From Catajapyx aquilonaris (Eukaryota): a stretch of 38,314 nt of DNA. This document shows positions 24,222 to 35,551 of the stretch, in pieces (position 1 is the first letter of the stretch; every line of letters starts with the position of its first letter). The notes below the pieces were generated by a model, which ran no database searches, was not told the DNA's origin, and saw only the letters and a program-made list of their open reading frames with translations. The stretch covers positions 1 through 38,314 of the forward strand of contig JYFJ02003733.1 of the NCBI GenBank assembly GCA_000934665.2, in the 5' to 3' direction. The translations under genes and the position numbers were made by a program.

Positions 24222-26281
24222 CAAGGTGAAGGGAAACTCACGCCCAATCGCCAGGTAGGCTGATAGTACTCGCAAAACTAATATAGGGATGTCCAATTAG
24301 TTTTGGGCGCAGCAGCGTAGTTAATGCGTACGGCGCCTGTAAAGTTTCATGACGTCACGTCCGCTCCGCCAGATCAGGGCCACCTAGAGACAAGGCCGGG
24401 GCGCGGGAACGGGTGGATCGCTGTGACGTCCCGCTAGGGGGCTAGCTTTTCCATAAGCGGGCTATGGCGGGAGCACGTTTTTGTACACATTTCAGCGAAT
24501 TTCGTCATACCAATGCATCGGAGGCCCATGACACCCTCTAATTGATGTCAGGGAAAGACTGTGGGGATTCCAACGGCACCAAATTCGATTTAGTATGTGT
24601 GCAATGTGTCTGCATATTCGGCGATATACAAGACGAAGGATGTCAGGCATGAGGAAGAAGTGCTGCTATAATTAATAACAATGGGGTTTTAAATTATAAA
24701 GTATTAATTTTAATGTTATTTCATATTTCCTATAGGGCTCGGCGCTCTAACCTGAGAAGAGGGAGGGACCCCAGACCCCCACCACCACGACCTCCTACCT
24801 CAGCCCATAAGGAAAACACGGTTTGGTGAGAAAGGGTGGGGGGAAGCCGGGGAAGCCTAGAGCAGGAGTGCCAGCAGGGCCCCCGGATTAAAGGGACACT
24901 CCACTCAAAATACAAGTTGATCTGTAAAAATCAGGCAAAAAATCCCGATTCCGGTGATACCATCCGTTTATCTCTGAGACGAACGGTAATGTCAGGGGAA
25001 GAGACGAAAGTCGGAAAAAATTCGAGGGGTGGCGCCGCCTGGCCACCTGGCCAAGTTAGGCGACGTTGGATAGAGCGCCGCCCTTCCCAACGGGTGCTAG
25101 GGGAAGTTGGCTTCGGACATAACCAGATCCGACCAGATCCCCACGAATCCCCATGCTCGCAGGCAACTTATCGAAGTTGCCGTTGGGAAGGGCGGCGCTA
25201 CTATCCAACGTCACCCTTGGGGTGGCGCCGGGCCCGTTTGAGCGCGGTTTTCGAACGACACACTTCCAGCTTTCGCCCTGGCCTTATCGTTCGTCTCTCA
25301 GAAAAACTGTTTATACCCTCGGAGTCAGGATTTTTTGCCCGATTTTTAGAGCCCAACTTGTATTTTGAGTGGAGTGTCCCTTTAACATCCTTTGAGTTCG
25401 ACCCCTTAAGCCTTAAGCTGTGTTGGCACCATTTAAAACTTTCCAAATCTAGCCACATCATTGGCTGGGAGTGAGGGGTGGGGGATTCTCAACTTAACTC
25501 GCCGGCTACTATATTTTGCGGAAAGAGTCCAAACGTAACATGTAAGTTATACTCATAAGCATTGAACCAAAATTAGCACATTACACAACATAATACCATT
25601 TAGCTCTTGATAATTACGTACAGTACATACCCAACACTTGTAGACCAATTGTACAACAACTTTGTAGACCAGTGTTATCTAAATCAGAGTGGATTATTTC
25701 GAGGGAATAAGTGATTGACATCTGGACGAAGGACAGCTGGGTTCTCCCCCACCATTTACTACTGTCAAACAAAACATGTGCGATTTTTTCACATCGTTGG
25801 AATCACCAAATCATTCTCCAGATATCAATTAGAGGGTGTTATGATCCTCCGATGCATTGGCATGAAAATAATAGAGAAAACGTGTACAAAAATGTGCTCC
25901 CGCCATAGTCCGCTTACGGAGGAGCTCGCCCCCTAGCGTGACGTCATGATTCCGGCGCCCGGGCCTTGTCTCTAGGTGGCCCTGGCCAGATTCACTGAAG
26001 CAAAAGCCAGCTTGAGGGCCTCCAAATAATCCGGCCTGGGTCCCCTAACGTCTCGTCCATGTGCAATAGGTGATCAAATCCCGTGAGAGTAAGAATCCGG
26101 GTGCGATACCCATCCATTTTGTCGTTTTTACCTCTTATTTTACCACCTGGACCTCTACACTTTAAAGGCGCTGCACGCATTAACTACGCACCAGCTCCCA
26201 AAACGAATTGTACTTCCCTAAATTAGCTTTACGAGTACTATCAGACTACTGGCGATTGGGCGCGATTTTCCCTTCACCCTG
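24222..26281. mobile_element. About 2-kb Tc1/mariner-type element with long (about 350 bp) imperfect TIRs
   Basis: CA(A/G)GGTGAAGGGAAA..CGCCCAATCGCCAG termini, TA on right, CA on left; 24222-24345 pairs with 26159-26281 and 24375-24575 with 25795-25985; right arm has an extra block of about 170 bp. Confidence 0.82.
24892..25381. mobile_element. Kolobok-like foldback MITE (490 bp) nested in the 24222-26281 element
   Basis: TTAA on both sides (24888-24891, 25382-25385), termini AGGGACACTCCACTCAAAATACAAGTTG / CAACTTGTATTTTGAGTGGAGTGTCCCT; arms pair over about 200 bp. Confidence 0.85.
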
Positions 26282-27049
26282 TATATTACGTTGATTCATT
26301 AATAAAATCAATGCCCCTTGAGGTCAGACAAATTGAACCAATAGCACTAGAAAGCCTTCTGGTCATGTGTACCAAATTTCATCTTGCCAGGAGGGGTTAA
26401 ATAGTGCAATGATGTATAACTTGAAGTCAGAAGTGATCTCTTTAGGTCATAATAAAACACCGTATTTCTTGATGCCATGCAACACATAGTTAGACACTGC
26501 ATTTTCCCACAGCCAACAACTTTTGCACATAGTTGCAGATTATTGCAAATTCCTGCACAGATCCCATCAAATATCCCAGACCCACAAGAGCAAGTAGCAT
26601 GATCAGAGTGCCTTCTAGTCAGCTATGGAAAAATTGCAAACTGAAATGATACCTGACATGACGGGAGATGGTATGAAGTTTTGTTATAAAAGAACCAACC
26701 TAATATTTTCACAAAATACCACCTACATCTGAAGCTAAATTTGTGATGCCATGCAAACAAAATATAATTCTTGAGAATGGGACACTTAAGAGTAGCATTC
26801 AACAAAATATTTGAATGCCTGTGTGCAATAACGAGGTAAGTTCACTTACCTTCTGTTAAATAGAAGCACTTTAATATATTAAAGTATAAACCTTGACATT
26901 ACTACTAAAGAGTTACAGTTACCCCACGATAGGCCTGTGGTACTTACATGATACTCTTTTAAATATCTGACATTACTTAACCACTGTGCTGCTATGGACT
27001 TTGATTGTGGAAAACAACAGACTAAAAAAAAAAAAATCATGCCAGCAAA

Positions 27050-27150
27050 AAGAACACTGCAACTGTACCCACATGAGAACATGCCCTCAGTCAGTCCTGG
27101 GGATTGAGCTTTGGAAGACTGGCACTAACCACTACACCATCATGCTCTCA
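27050..27150 (-). mobile_element. Old fragment of tRNA-derived SINE family A head
   Basis: Minus strand TGGTGTAGTGGTTAG A box and decayed B box GCTCAATCCCCAGG. Confidence 0.45.
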
Positions 27151-27170
27151 TTACAAGGCATTTATAACTA

Positions 27171-27690
27171 CACTGAACATCAAAAGTTAAAGTAATGTTC
27201 TTTGGGGCTCTCCTGTGAATGGATCACTTGGCCGAAGTAGATGAAAATCGGTACAGGTCACTTACAGGTGGTCCAAAGTGAAACTCTGAGAGGCCCACTC
27301 CCTTTGGCTCAGGGGGATTTTCATGAGGGCAAGAACAGGGTGGTACAATGCTGGCCATATATCGAGGCAACCGCCAGCGACATTTTTCCGAAGCGGCAGA
27401 AGAAGGAATAGAAGATAAGCATGCTACAAGCCGGGCGAGCAAGATTCCTTCTTCTGCTGCTTCGGAAAAATGTCGCTGGCGGTTGCCTCGATATATGGCC
27501 AGCATTGTACACCCTCGGCCAACTCTCGGCCAACTCTCGGCCACAGGGACTGGGGCTCTAAAATTACACTCTGGACCACCTCTAGATGTGGGTCGGAACT
27601 AGACCTGTACTGATTTTAATCCACTTCGGCCAAGTAGTCCTTTCAGAGCAGAGTCCCAAATAACATTACCCTAACTTTTGATTTTCAGTG
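27171..27690. mobile_element. Tc1-type foldback MITE (CACTG...CAGTG, TA flanks)
   Basis: CACTGAA(C/A)ATCAAAAGTTA termini; imperfect arms of about 130 bp; TA at 27169-27170 and 27691-27692. Confidence 0.85.
27346..27507. mobile_element. Young palindromic TA-flanked MITE (162 bp) nested in the 27171-27690 element
   Basis: 64-bp arms (27346-27409, 27444-27507) with one mismatch, CpG-rich, TA on both sides. Confidence 0.9.
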
Positions 27691-28369
27691 TAGTACATTA
27701 CTTGGCAGCCCGAGGGATTTCTAGGTCCAAAACATGTGTACAATGTAAGGGGTGAGAAATGTCACAATGTCAACCATAATGTCAACAATGATAGTTGTTT
27801 ATACATAGTCAGTGTACTCATGTATTGCTCTGTAGGCAAGGCTTACCTATGTAATATGTGTGGATCAAGTTACTTGTTTATCTTGCACATGACTTGAGGA
27901 ATCTGGTACATAGTAACTAACACCATAACACAGACAGCCGAAATACCTACGATGCTATAATACCTACATACCAGTACCATATCTATACTATAGATGCATA
28001 TTGTAAGCAATCCCTCGAAGAAGGGAGGTAGGAGATCGAATTTGGCAGGGGTAGGGGCACGCTGTACCAACATAAGCCATGACCTAACTGTACTTCCTTG
28101 CAGATCCGTGACTATCTTTCAGCAGATACAAGCCTAGGAAAGTAGGTAAAGTGCAGGGATCTCCTGATATGAAAGCGTAGCCTCTTTAAAACCTGGGGCG
28201 GATTAAACAAGTCGAACATCTAAGCATCATTTTTGTTGTATAGTGCAGTGAATGTATTATGAGAGTTTAGGTATTAGGTGAATCAAATGAAACCTGTTCT
28301 TGGCGTCAGGAGAAAATACTACTGAACGCAGGAACTTGAAATTTCTATCACAGCAAGGTGGTACCAAAC

Positions 28370-28636
28370 CACCTTTCCATGAACATGAAGAAATGGCATG
28401 CAAAGCAGAGGTTTGACAATGATGAGGAGTTGCAGTCCAACAGGAAATGGAAACTCCTATGATGTATGCATACAAAATCTTCTGTAACTCTATGACAAAT
28501 GCTTGGATTTGGCTGGAAACTATGTTGAAAAAAGTAGGCAGTTTAACATTTCAGATGTGTGTGATATGAATATTCTGGGGGTGCTTTGCATTTTTTTCTA
28601 ATAAAAAAATGGAACTTACTTTCTGGATGTGCCTCG
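28370..28636 (+). pseudogene. Mariner transposase 3' relic with right terminus
   Basis: HLSMNMKKWHAKQRFDNDEELQS and YDKCLDLAGNYVEK, followed by AACTTACTTTCTGGATGTGCCTCG-TA, a mariner-type right end. Confidence 0.8.
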
Positions 28637-29364
28637 TATTATGGCACTGTAGGTATTTTGGGGAGGAGGTATTTCAGCTGTTGGTATTATGGTGTTAGGT
28701 ATTATGTACGAGAAGGGACTAGAGAGATATATTGGCATTATCCTATGATAATAGGCTATATGAGTTGTCAGATGTCTCTGAGCAGCACACAAATATTTGT
28801 CATTGTCAGTTGGTGTTTGTACACTTTACAGCTGTTTTGGTCAATGCAATCTCTAGTAGTCAGATGGCATACAGTGCCAGGTAGAAAATTAGTGTGCAGG
28901 GTGGGATGTCCCACTACCACCCTTGTTGGCCCAAATAAGCCTATATGTAAGAGTGAGAAATGTCAATGGTCTAACTCAGTGCTTCCAAATATTTTTCGTT
29001 GACGACCCAAGAAAATCGTCTCATAAAATTAGCAACCCCCACCTCCAAATTAACCCTTTCTCCGCCACCCCCACCATCAGATATGCACAATTTGAACCAC
29101 TAACATGTAAAGACATTGTAGGCCTACTGTACACAGTGGTAATCAATGACAATCATTGCTAAAGGACATGGAGCAAATCTTATGGGAAAAGTTGAGATGG
29201 TTGGATTTGGCTGAAACTTGGTCAGTTAATAGACCTTGACCTAAAGGGTCAATATTTGTTCTGAAGGCAGAAGAAAATCTACCTTGCTGTTTGGCCGCTG
29301 CAGGTGCTCAAAGTCGGACTTTCACAGGCTTTCAGGTGGTTCCTATTGGGCTCATTTTCATATA

Positions 29365-29545
29365 CAGTAAAACTTCTATAAGTCAAACTTCCCTAAGTTG
29401 AAGTTCTCTATAAGTCGAAGAAAATGACGAGCTTGGTTGGTCAAAATGTAAAATAATGGGGAATAAACTTCCCTAACTCGAATCTTCTGTAACTCAAAAG
29501 TTTTTTTCCGGTCCCATGGAGATTCGACTTATAGAAGTTTTACTG
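29365..29545. mobile_element. Tigger/pogo-like MITE (181 bp)
   Basis: TIRs CAGTAAAACTTCTATAAGTC / GACTTATAGAAGTTTTACTG, TA flanks, internal repeats of the CTATAAGTCGAA / CCCTAACTCGAA motif. Confidence 0.9.
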
Positions 29546-29997
29546 TATATCTCAGTTTCAGTTTCTTTAGTGAAACTTCTGAATTAAAAAAGTCTTAAAT
29601 TACTTTCTGATTCGCCCTTGTATATTCTCCCTTTGCAAGTTACAAAATAAAACTCGTTTCATGGAAATTGAGCAATATTTCAGTTATTACATGTTTCAAA
29701 CAGGGAGTTCCTTTCCGCCCACCCTGTAGTAATGAGGCAGGCCAAGAGAAACATTTTCTTGCTCCTAAACACGTGGCAATACATGAAACCTGTCAGGAGA
29801 CTGGCAGGAAACGTGACATGCACACCTGCAGTGGTTACCTGGGGACATGACACAAATATGATACAGATTACTGGTGGGATTTTGCAAGATTGGCTCCTTC
29901 ACAGTAATTCTTATCATGCTCAAACCCTGCTCCCTAGGCAACCAATGTATGTGCACCAAAGAGTTCTGCTATATTATATATACACCTAGAGGAGGTA

Positions 29998-30204
29998 CTC
30001 GGCCTGAAATGTGAGGCAGGCAACAATGCAGGCAACAAGATTACCTCCAACAAGATGGTGGACGCCTGACATTATTTGAACTAATTGTCGCCCAGTTGTC
30101 ATTATTGGTTGTTGTCCCAGTTGCTAGACAACTGTTAGAACAACAATATTACCTCCAACAAGATGGCGGCTACCTCAGCCTGTCTAATGGAAAAGGATAG
30201 GGAG
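29998..30204. mobile_element. 207-bp insertion with TA duplication in the left arm of the 29950-31166 foldback
   Basis: Uninterrupted arm reads GGAGG-TA-CAGTGCCG; interrupted arm reads GGAGG-TA-[CTC...GAG]-TA-CAGTACCG; internal direct repeat ATTACCTCCAACAAGATGG twice. Confidence 0.75.
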
Positions 30205-30515
30205 TACAGTACCGTGCACAATAGCATATAACAAGTGTAAACAACGGCTTTGGCGTTACCTGGCAACTGGGCGTGTTCGGACATCGGCATGTGGAGAGTG
30301 CTTAGCGTTCTTTCTGTCGTTGCCACTGTTTACAGGTAGCGATTGATTGGGAGTGGATGACATTCAATGTGGACCTTATATTAAATTGGCAGACAAGAGC
30401 ATGTACCGGACTCCTTCCCGATCATTCAGTAACTCCATGCATCCTGACTCATACTGGAAAGTGATGATAATAGTGTGATAATAACAAAGCGCCTCCTCAA
30501 AATAATATCCCCCTC

Positions 30516-30832
30516 AGTGGGAAGGTGAAGTGGCGCAGCGGTAACGCTATTAATATTATTATTAATATTAAGGTCCCGGGTTCGATCCCCACCCGGGGTC
30601 CCCACCTTTATCCGTGCAGAGTTGGGCCATCGCTGGCTTCATTTCGGGTGGCAATTTCCGATAGACTAAGCCACCCGGGGGAGTTCACAAAATGACCGTT
30701 AGAGACATTGCACTTGCACTTTGCGCACCCCCTCCTACCTACCCTGGAGTAATTAAATAAGATCTTCTTATATGGCTCCAATTTCAGATGGTGGTAATCC
30801 ACCCCCCTAAAGGATATGGTAAATCCCAATGG

Positions 30833-30896
<64 letters not shown>
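30516..30896 (+). mobile_element. tRNA-derived SINE, family B, with (AAT)n tail
   Basis: A box TGGCGCAGCGG, B box GGTTCGATCCC, body homologous to the 36470 copy, (AAT) about 20 units at 30835-30895, TSD atatccccctc at 30505-30515 and 30897-30907. Confidence 0.88.
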
Positions 30897-30897
<1 letters not shown>

Positions 30898-31274
30898 TAT
30901 CCCCCTCCGACCCCTTATTCCGATGCCATGCATTGGTAAGCATGCACACACCCTTCGCTATAGGTCGCCCAGCATCAATCGCTACCTGTAAACAGTGGCA
31001 ACGACAGAAAGAACGCTAAGCACTCTCCACATGCCGATGTCCGAACACGCCCAGTTGCCAGGTAACGCCAAAGTCGTTGTTTACACTTGTTATATGCTAT
31101 TGTGCACGGCACTGTACCTCCTCTAGGTATTATATTATATAATAGCAGAACTCTTTGATGTGCACTTATAAATCTGCCACATTCTCTCAATGAAAGGGTG
31201 TAATGTGTATTGCTGCATGTGTATAGGGGCAGGCCAATGTGTGTGGTGTGTATGTCTGGTTGTGTACCGTGTTA

Positions 31275-31377
31275 GTGGTTGGTCCCTCGAGATTTTTCAC
31301 TCCTACGTTTCTGATGTATTTTTGGCCAACAAGTGCACTGGGTGGAGAGACGTGTAATATGAAAGAAACACTTTGTA
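31275..31377. mobile_element. Decayed right arm of the CAGGGTG MITE family seen at 32234 and 32821
   Basis: GGTTGGTCCCTCGAGATTTTTC...GAAACACTTTG-TA resembles GGTTGGTCCCTCGACATTTCTC...GAAACACCCTG-TA. Confidence 0.55.
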
Positions 31378-31472
31378 TAGCCATTCCTACAACTTGGTTG
31401 CCTATACCTTAGACCAGAGATGCACAGTTTCTGTTCTCATTATCTAGTATAAATCCATTCATTGTGATCAGG

Positions 31473-31619
31473 GTAGGTTGGTATGTCTCGCAATGTTCAG
31501 CCCCCTCTTGTGCATGAATCGAGAGTGAAACCAATGATGCCAGATCCAGTGATTTTCACCTAGGGTGGCCTTTTTAAACCCCCACCCGAAGTGTGAATTA
31601 TCGAGCAGGAGACAAAGGG
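31473..31619. mobile_element. piggyBac-like element right end, copy 2
   Basis: Ends GCAGGAGACAAAGGG-TTAA; direct repeat of 23491-23636. Confidence 0.7.
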
Positions 31620-32233
31620 TTAATTAGCATGGATAATATGGGGCACAGTGTATATCTGTATACATCCCAGGTAGAACAAAAGATTATGTTCAGGATCACA
31701 AAGCTTTGTTTCCATTATTGCATAATTTGCACAAAACGATATTCTAATCTTACTCTTGAAAATTCATTTTTCTTGTTCTTGCCTTATTATTGCACACATG
31801 CCTTCAACTATTAAATGCCATTAGTTGATCATAAAAGCCACAAACTTGGGAGAACAACTGCCCAGGGGCAAAGTCGTCAACATGGCATATACTGTGTGTT
31901 CCAAGTGTTGGGGTCCTTATTATTGGATAATTATCCTTATTATTTATTAAGTGATCATCATTTTCACCTTAAGCTGTTATTTCTGCATAGCTTTTTGCAT
32001 CCTAATCGAGGTGTTCAACTATTCCCAGGTGTGGTTGAATATAGTAGCTGGTGTTACAATGGAAACAGTTGGGCACTTCAATCAGGGTGCAAAAAGCTAC
32101 AAAAGATATCAGCTCCGGGTGAAAATTGCGATAGCTAAAAGTTCCTGAATACTTGTAACACATTGTATACCACCTATCAAGACACTGCTTGCATCATCAC
32201 CATACAGTATTGTTGTCAACACTGTCACTCATA

Positions 32234-32693
32234 CAGGGTGTTTCTTACTAGTAGGTCTACCGGAAGTCAGTGTATTCCTTGAACCAAAACAAGTCGAAAA
32301 TGCAGGGGGGAGAAATGTCAAGGGACCAACCTGTAACGAGGTAGATGTCCCGAAACATTGTCCTACACCTAGACGGAGGGGGCAACATGCACGAGACCTC
32401 TTTGTAGAGAGATCCCCTGGATGAAAGACTCGAGCGCCTTACAGGGGTTGCCTAGAGCAGGATATGGGTGTGATAATTATGACTGTTGGAATTTTGCGAG
32501 ATCACATCTTTCACAGAAGCCATTATCACACTTGTATCCTGCTCCATAGGAAACCTCTGTAAGGCGCGCGATTCCATCTGCCAGATCTCCCTACAAAGAG
32601 GCATCGTGTGTGTTGCTGCCTGTGTCTAGGGATAGGACAATGTTTCTGGTCGTCTTACCTCGTTACAGGTTGGTCCCTCGACATTTCTCACCC
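32234..32693. mobile_element. CAGGGTG foldback MITE, long variant, right terminus lost
   Basis: TA-CAGGGTGTTTC start; 32310-32475 pairs with 32522-32690; homologous to 32821-33198. Confidence 0.8.
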
Positions 32694-32820
32694 ATCAATG
32701 ACTTAACCATGAGAAAAGCAAGTTAATACTCTAACTTAGGATACACTTTAACAAATAGACTTTGTGGTATGCTATGAGCTGCAACAAAAATAGGAAATGC
32801 TGCATATTGGGATGGATGTA

Positions 32821-33198
32821 CAGGGTGTTTGTTACTAGCCCAGCCAACGGCCGTCAGTGTATTCCATGAGCCAAAAGAAGTCGAAAATGTAGTGGGGAGA
32901 AATGTCGAGGGAGCAACCATTTAAATGACCTTGGCCAGAAACATTGGTCAATGGTTGCCGAAGGAGCAGGATATGAGCGTGAAAATCGCGACTGTTGGGA
33001 TTTGCAAGGCCACCTCTTTCACAGAAGTGATTATCACCGCATATATCCTGCAACTTCAGCAACCACCAGCCAATGTTTCTGGTCGTCTACCTCATTAACG
33101 GTTGGTCCCTCGACATTTCTCCCCCCTACATTTTCGACTTTGTTTTGGGCCTAGGAATGTGCTGACAGCCATTGGCTGGACTAGTTAGAAACACCCTG
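32821..33198. mobile_element. CAGGGTG foldback MITE, short variant, complete (378 bp)
   Basis: TA-CAGGGTGTTT ... AAACACCCTG-TA with arms pairing over about 160 bp. Confidence 0.88.
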
Positions 33199-33778
33199 TA
33201 TATTGGGGAAGTGAAGAGCTTCAAGATCTGTACTTCAAGAAATACTTCCCATGTCATACATAAGACGGCACAAAATATTTTTGCACATTCAACCCTCTAC
33301 ATGTTGCACAACTTTTAGGGAATGTTTCACACTTTAATTTTCTGTTTCAGTTTGCCTACGTGAAATGGCTTCAAAGCTCTGACACTAGAAAATGAAACGT
33401 TATCAGATGCAAGTGTAATTAAGATATCTTTATAACTACATGGAGATGTACTTGAGATCATTTTGCTTGCATGCTTCAAAGAGTGTGAATTCTGACATTT
33501 CTCTACAAGTTGCTTCTTACAGGTAATTCAACAGCCAGTGATGACTTTGCTAATGACACAGTAATATCCTAAATCAGGGATAAGGAAGGGAGGACCAAAA
33601 TTTCCCTCTGCTTCTCTTCCCTATATACCCCTCAAGCTCCACAGTAACTGCCTTTTCTATGCAGTTTCGGTGACCACAAAATTTTAGTAGTCTTAAAATC
33701 CTGGGAGCAATATTGTACTTGTGCAAGTGAAATATCAGTACCCCTCTGCATGGGAAATATTCACAACTAGGCCACAGA

Positions 33779-35347
33779 CACAGCACAACATTAAAAGAAA
33801 TTTTTTGACACTCAACTGCAATGGAACCGCCAGGCAAACATACACTAAAATTGGTACATTGGTAGCCCTACCCTACTTAAAGAGGAAGTCTAAAGCCCAA
33901 CCCAGTGTTCCAACCTGCTCCTCCCAGGAGTGGACAGGACTGTACTCCTTATGAGACCTCCCAGTGCAAAATAGCCATTTCAGAATGACCAGGTCAATTG
34001 TGGGACCTTTGACTTATCACACTGCCTGAATATTGTGCTGGACATGTTCCTCTGGGACATTGGAACCACCATTGCCCGAGCTGCTAACCTTGATCCAGAT
34101 TTTCCACCTCCCTCAAGAATCGTGTAACCTGGGTAAGTACTTCATTGCCCATGGGCCAGTCAGGCGAATTCTCTCTCCAGATGTGACGGATCCTCCAAAT
34201 GTCATCAGTGAGAAATTTCAACCCATCTCCAACTCATGGGGGGGTCAAAAACTTTGGCACAAAGGTCATCTTGCTTAAATGCCCTCAAATCAGGTCACAA
34301 ATGGTCAGAAGCTCATATACCTCATCTCTGCTCAAGCTCATAATTCTGATCGCACCTTCACTGGGGCCCTGGAACAAGCACGATGCTATTCAGGAACAGA
34401 ATCTGAGGCGCATCCACAGCCTTTCCCCACTGCTCTCACCTCCCCCTTGCTCAAATGCAATCCATACATTATGATTGTGGTGGTGCCAAATGAAGGTTCA
34501 GTAATTTCAGATCATGATTTAAGTGTGCAATCGGTAACCATTAATCGACTATAAACATGTGTGTCCAATAAAACTAGTTTTTATAATCAACTCTTGATTT
34601 GAAAGCTTGGTAACCCTTCCCCGATCATAGAGGAGACAGTGTGCCTAGGGTGATATGCAACTTCGAAGACCTATGTTGATTTAGAATTTAGATCAAGACA
34701 CTGTGCTAGTGGAGACATGGTATTAGGATAGATAAAAACATACTTTTGGACACTTTTGGAAAAGGCCCCCAAAAACACCATCAATCCACATCAGCGTAAC
34801 GATGTTCCTCTATCTTCTGACACTTTTTGACTGGATTTTAGTTCATAATGGGCAAGATGACCTTTGCGTCCAAGACTTTGACCCCTAAGAGGGGGTCGTG
34901 GGGTTGAGAATTGGTTGAAATTTCTGACCTTAGGAGAACCCTTAACTGTCCGGAGAGCAAATCCACTTGACCAGCCCATGGAAAACGGTAAAGGGTGGAC
35001 CAGGTACCATGACCTTGAATGGGAATGGAAACTCGGGAGTAAAGTTGTACCCTAGCTGTGGTAGTCCCAAAGCACCATGGAAGCATGTCCAGCACAATTT
35101 TCATGCAGTGTGATTGGTCAAAGGATATGCAATTGAGCTGCTCAGTCTGAGACAGTGAGAGAGGGGTTTTTCACCAGAACGTCTTAAAGGTAGCCTATAT
35201 ACCCCAGACCATGCCTGGGCTGAATGGTTGGTCCCTGGATAAATAGAGAGGGTGGGATACCTCAGTACTAATATTGGTCCACCTTGGCCTGGCAGTCCCG
35301 TCACAGTTGAATGCCAAAAAAACATCCTTTAATTTTATTGTGCAGTG
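33779..35347. mobile_element. Old 1.57-kb Tc1-type foldback with about 500-bp decayed arms
   Basis: CACAGCACAA / TTGTGCAGTG-TA termini; paired blocks 33790-33875 with 35250-35332, 34032-34085 with 35045-35100 (ATTGTGCTGGACATG), 34210-34280 with 34845-34925 (CAAAGGTCATCTTGC). Confidence 0.7.
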
Positions 35348-35429
35348 TATGTTCACTCACTTCTCCATCTAAGCAGTCCACACCTGCAGTGATCCTTTCA
35401 ATAGATTGGTCATTCAACAGATCACTCAC

Positions 35430-35551
35430 CTAATCCCACCTCTTCTTCCATGGTCCACGTATACTTTTCTAATATTTGACTCAGGTCTTGTGAAATTCTG
35501 TGTGGTGATGGTTCCAGAATGAGTAGTAAGAGAACCTGTGTAATCTCACAC
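35430..35551 (-). CDS. F8A1: HAP40 / F8A1 orthologue, penultimate coding exon (122 bp, phase 2 in, phase 1 out)
   Basis: Acceptor tttcttttgttacag| and donor TTAG|gtgagt on minus strand; translates (R)CEITQVLLLLILEPSPHRISQDLSQILEKYTWTMEEEVGL, matching from memory human HAP40 [33 protein letters not shown]; phase joins the 24123 exon in frame (G+TG = Val). Confidence 0.93.

Larger units (their letters stand above)
29950..31166. mobile_element. Foldback element with about 190-bp arms, hosting two later insertions
   Basis: 30207-30347 pairs with 30974-31114 (two mismatches seen) and 29951-29997 with 31115-31165. Confidence 0.85.
24124..35429 (-). other. HAP40 last intron (11,306 bp, phase 1, GT-AG), transposon-packed
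   Basis: Bounded by gtgagt donor at 35429 and polypyrimidine-gcag acceptor at 24124; the flanking exons give a contiguous HAP40 alignment with no missing segment. Confidence 0.85.

Noticed and set aside
24836..25474. Longest ORF in the track (212 aa)
   Set aside because: Spans a GC-rich palindromic MITE; the same peptide (KGTLHSKYKL) appears on the opposite strand; no recognisable domain.
29365..29545. Regularly spaced short repeats as a CRISPR-like array
   Set aside because: They are subterminal repeats within a TA-flanked Tigger-like MITE in eukaryotic DNA; no cas genes or constant repeat-spacer period.
30608..31019. ORFs with poly-Ile or poly-Asn runs
   Set aside because: Translation of the (AAT)n SINE tail.
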